DNA of 60,615 nucleotides, filler included, from Globobulimina sp. (Eukaryota): NCBI GenBank assembly GCA_003354225.1. It is 12 parts of 12 records of this genome, joined end to end, with 100 filler letters (N's around TTAATTAATTAA, not from the genome) between each part and the next. Parts side by side here need not be neighbours in the genome. Positions count along the whole stretch, not along the records: positions 55,664 to 60,615 come from PIVH01000818.1; 11 more parts are not named here. One strand, 5' to 3'. Shown piece by piece: positions 58,281 to 60,615 of this stretch (position 1 is its first letter; each line of letters starts with the position of its first letter). The notes under the pieces were generated by a model. It saw only the letters and a program-made list of their open reading frames with translations, ran no database searches and was not told where the DNA came from. The position numbers and the translations under genes were made by a program.

Positions 58281-60615
58281 ATGGCGGAGGATGAAGGAGT
58301 ATGTCCAATTGAAAGCAACATCAAACACACCATCGGTAGAAACATAGGAATTAATGACAATGATCTAAAAATGTTTGAAAACGAAGATAATGAATTTGGT
58401 GATTCAAATGATGCAGAATTTGATGAAGAAGATGGAGATGGAATAATGAACGCAGACGAAGAATGGGATAGTTTCCATTCTTCAAACGACGGACAAGACA
58501 TAATACCCGTCACCATCCCAAACAATAACAACGGCGGCGAAGCATTGATAATTGGCGTAAAAGATGAGAATCCCTATGCCGAAGGCAACGAATTAGAGAT
58601 AGCCGCCGGAGGCCGTCCCGCAGCAAAAGACATCGCCGGTGACCCAAAGGAGAAATGTTGGATTTGTGATGCCTGCAATGCTATCAACAATTTATTAGAA
58701 TCCTTTAAAAAATACGATTACAAATGTTGTATTTGTACATCTCCCTTTCACCCCAACGTGGTAATTATATTCAGCAACGATTGGGACGGTATCAATGAAA
58801 ACGACCCAAACGAACAGATCCATACAGTATGGAATTGCCCCTTTTGTACGCTCAAAAATAGCATTCATTGGATCAAATGTGATGGCTGCGAGGCGCAGAA
58901 ACCACCTCCAAATCAAGTGGAGATCTCATATTCTTACATCGAGCCAAAGCTACATAATAAGCACGGCGCTGCCAATAAAAAAGAGAAACGAGTTCAATGG
59001 GAGCATAATAATGTTAAAAATGAAAAAAAAGGCAAAAAACTGCATAATTCTATTGTTAATTATGTCCGTCAACCACGCCTTGCAAATATTGGCGCAGCGC
59101 GGTCTATTAATGAATATCCGGCGAAATCTGTATTGAATGATGTATGCGAGCAGCGATTAACAAATATCTTTGGTGCGCCATATAAGAACAAATTATTATT
59201 GCCCAGCAATAAAAATAAATGGAGTGCAGATTGCAATTTGATGCATGGCCGTATTGAATGGACCTCGTATTCCAAGGACGCCAGAAGTTATTTCATATCT
59301 TTTTGTGTTCTGTGGTCTGTGTAGCACGCAAATGCGCATATAAATACACTATAAAATGTAGAATTTGTAAGCGAAGAGATCGTGGCCCGCGGATTTGCCA
59401 TCAATGCAAGAAGTGGACACATAGCGACAATGTCTAGTCATTATATATGGATATTTGCGTGCATTGGCAGTTTAGAGTATAAATTGATTGCTCGCTATAC
59501 CTTCACCAAAGAGCAGCGTTTATTAAATGAAGACGTCTCTAATTCGCGCATTCGCTTTCTAGGCAATAATGTCTATGTGTGGTCCTTCAGTCGTTCGCGT
59601 ATTTATCGCTTCAAATTGTACGAAAACAGCAGCTTAATATTAGTGGATGTGCTCCGTGATAAATATTTCAAGGACTCGCAGACCATCGATGTGTGCATGA
59701 CGGGCAATTTATTGATCTTATTATTTGATCGCTGGTGCGGTGTTTACAAATTATATCCAAAATTTGAATGGTATCATGCCGTGGCCTTCGCCACCAAATC
59801 TGTCAATTGTTTTAGTTTAGAAATTGTTGATTTTGATGCGGAGGCTCCAGATCCGGAGGTGGAGGATGTTATTCTTGCTCCGAATCGGAATAAAGGGAAA
59901 TTTAATATTATGGATAAGCTACGACATAAAAATAAGAATAAAAGTGTTGTTGAAGAGAAAAAAGAGGATTTGTTTTATCGTGAAACGAATGGGAATTATT
60001 TGTTTATCAATGCGGAGAACCAATTGATAGGAATGCATCCAAGCAATCCGACTTTTGATTATTTGCATATTGCGCGGGATACACAACATGGAAAATGCCC
60101 GTATTGTATCTCAAAATATTACGGCGCGTTTTATTTGAGTAATGATGGGAAAAAATTGTACCAATCACCAAGTTTTTCGGCTGACAGTGTGGTGCAAATA
60201 AAAAGTTTAAATGATGCAGTATTAAATGAGTCGTTTTATGGAATTGAAGATTTTCATGATTTGATATTAAGGAAAGGGATTGAACGGTTTGTGAATGTGT
60301 GTTATGATGAACAGTATGGAATTAGTGGACGGTTATTGTTGTTTTGTGAAACCAGAAAAAAAGAATTTGTGATACATGCAATGTTTAATCAGAATGAGTT
60401 GTGTGGATTAAGTGAGGAGTTGGCGAGAATTGATTATTATTTGATGCCTGGGATGGATACTGATAAAAAACCGTTTAATTTTATTATTTTTGTGTATCAA
60501 TATTTATATGGACAGGATTTGGTTGATACGTTGTTGCAATCTCAAATGTTCAATCCGGCGCTGTTAAAAATCAAAAACAAGCAGGAAAGGCAACTCAAAA
60601 TCGTTCAAGATAATA
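58281..60615 (+). CDS. RanBP2-type zinc-finger protein with a long beta-rich C-terminal region (intron 59287-59361); 3' truncated
   Basis: WICDACNAIN..CCIC and WNCPFCTLKN..CDGCEAQKP. The second exon appears to stay open to the end of the window. Confidence 0.75.

Noticed and set aside
1-60615. Genome-wide stop-codon reassignment, or a giant-virus or prokaryotic origin
   Set aside because: Long ORFs are stop-free in the standard code, and TAA, TAG and TGA all terminate conserved genes. Spliceosomal introns and RPL23, CKS1 and EDEM indicate a eukaryotic nuclear genome.

Overview
This window is not one locus. It is 12 size-sorted contigs (4966 down to 4952 bp) joined by identical artificial 100-bp spacers (44 N + TTAATTAATTAA + 44 N), so neighbourhoods across spacers carry no meaning. 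The DNA is AT-rich, gene-dense eukaryotic nuclear sequence in the standard code, with short GT-AG introns (about 49-135 bp) and 80-130 bp divergent promoters. The protein families suggest a rhizarian protist, probably a foraminiferan; this is inference. Recognisable genes include a Bub2/Cdc16 TBC GAP, a pseudokinase, a PHD/SAM/KH/WW protein, CKS1, a 2OG-Fe oxygenase, a RelA/SpoT-like nucleotidyltransferase, an LRR-LNR membrane protein, CRAL-TRIO, a secreted MACPF protein, a mucin-like protein, STEEP1, an AIG1-type GTPase, TMBIM/BI-1, a Calx-beta/TSP1 adhesin, RAB3GAP1, an SGNH esterase, a sulfotransferase, EDEM, an amino-acid transporter, a TDP2-like EEP enzyme, RPL23, a membrane-anchored Hsp70 and PDAT. 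I found no rRNA, tRNA, CRISPR array or transposase. The strongest hunt result is a coupling of the exon -1 and intron +3 bases at 5' splice sites in my hand-built gene models (A|GTT versus G|GTA), which hints at two donor classes and possibly a variant U1 snRNA. Other leads are a perforin with three RDDTDxRSGGC repeats, a bromodomain-RAB3GAP1 fusion, a Castor-type zinc finger, a eukaryotic alarmone-synthetase-like enzyme, a 203-bp foldback element, and many single frameshifts or premature stops (pseudogenes or assembly errors). All gene models and family calls come from manual reading without database searches.
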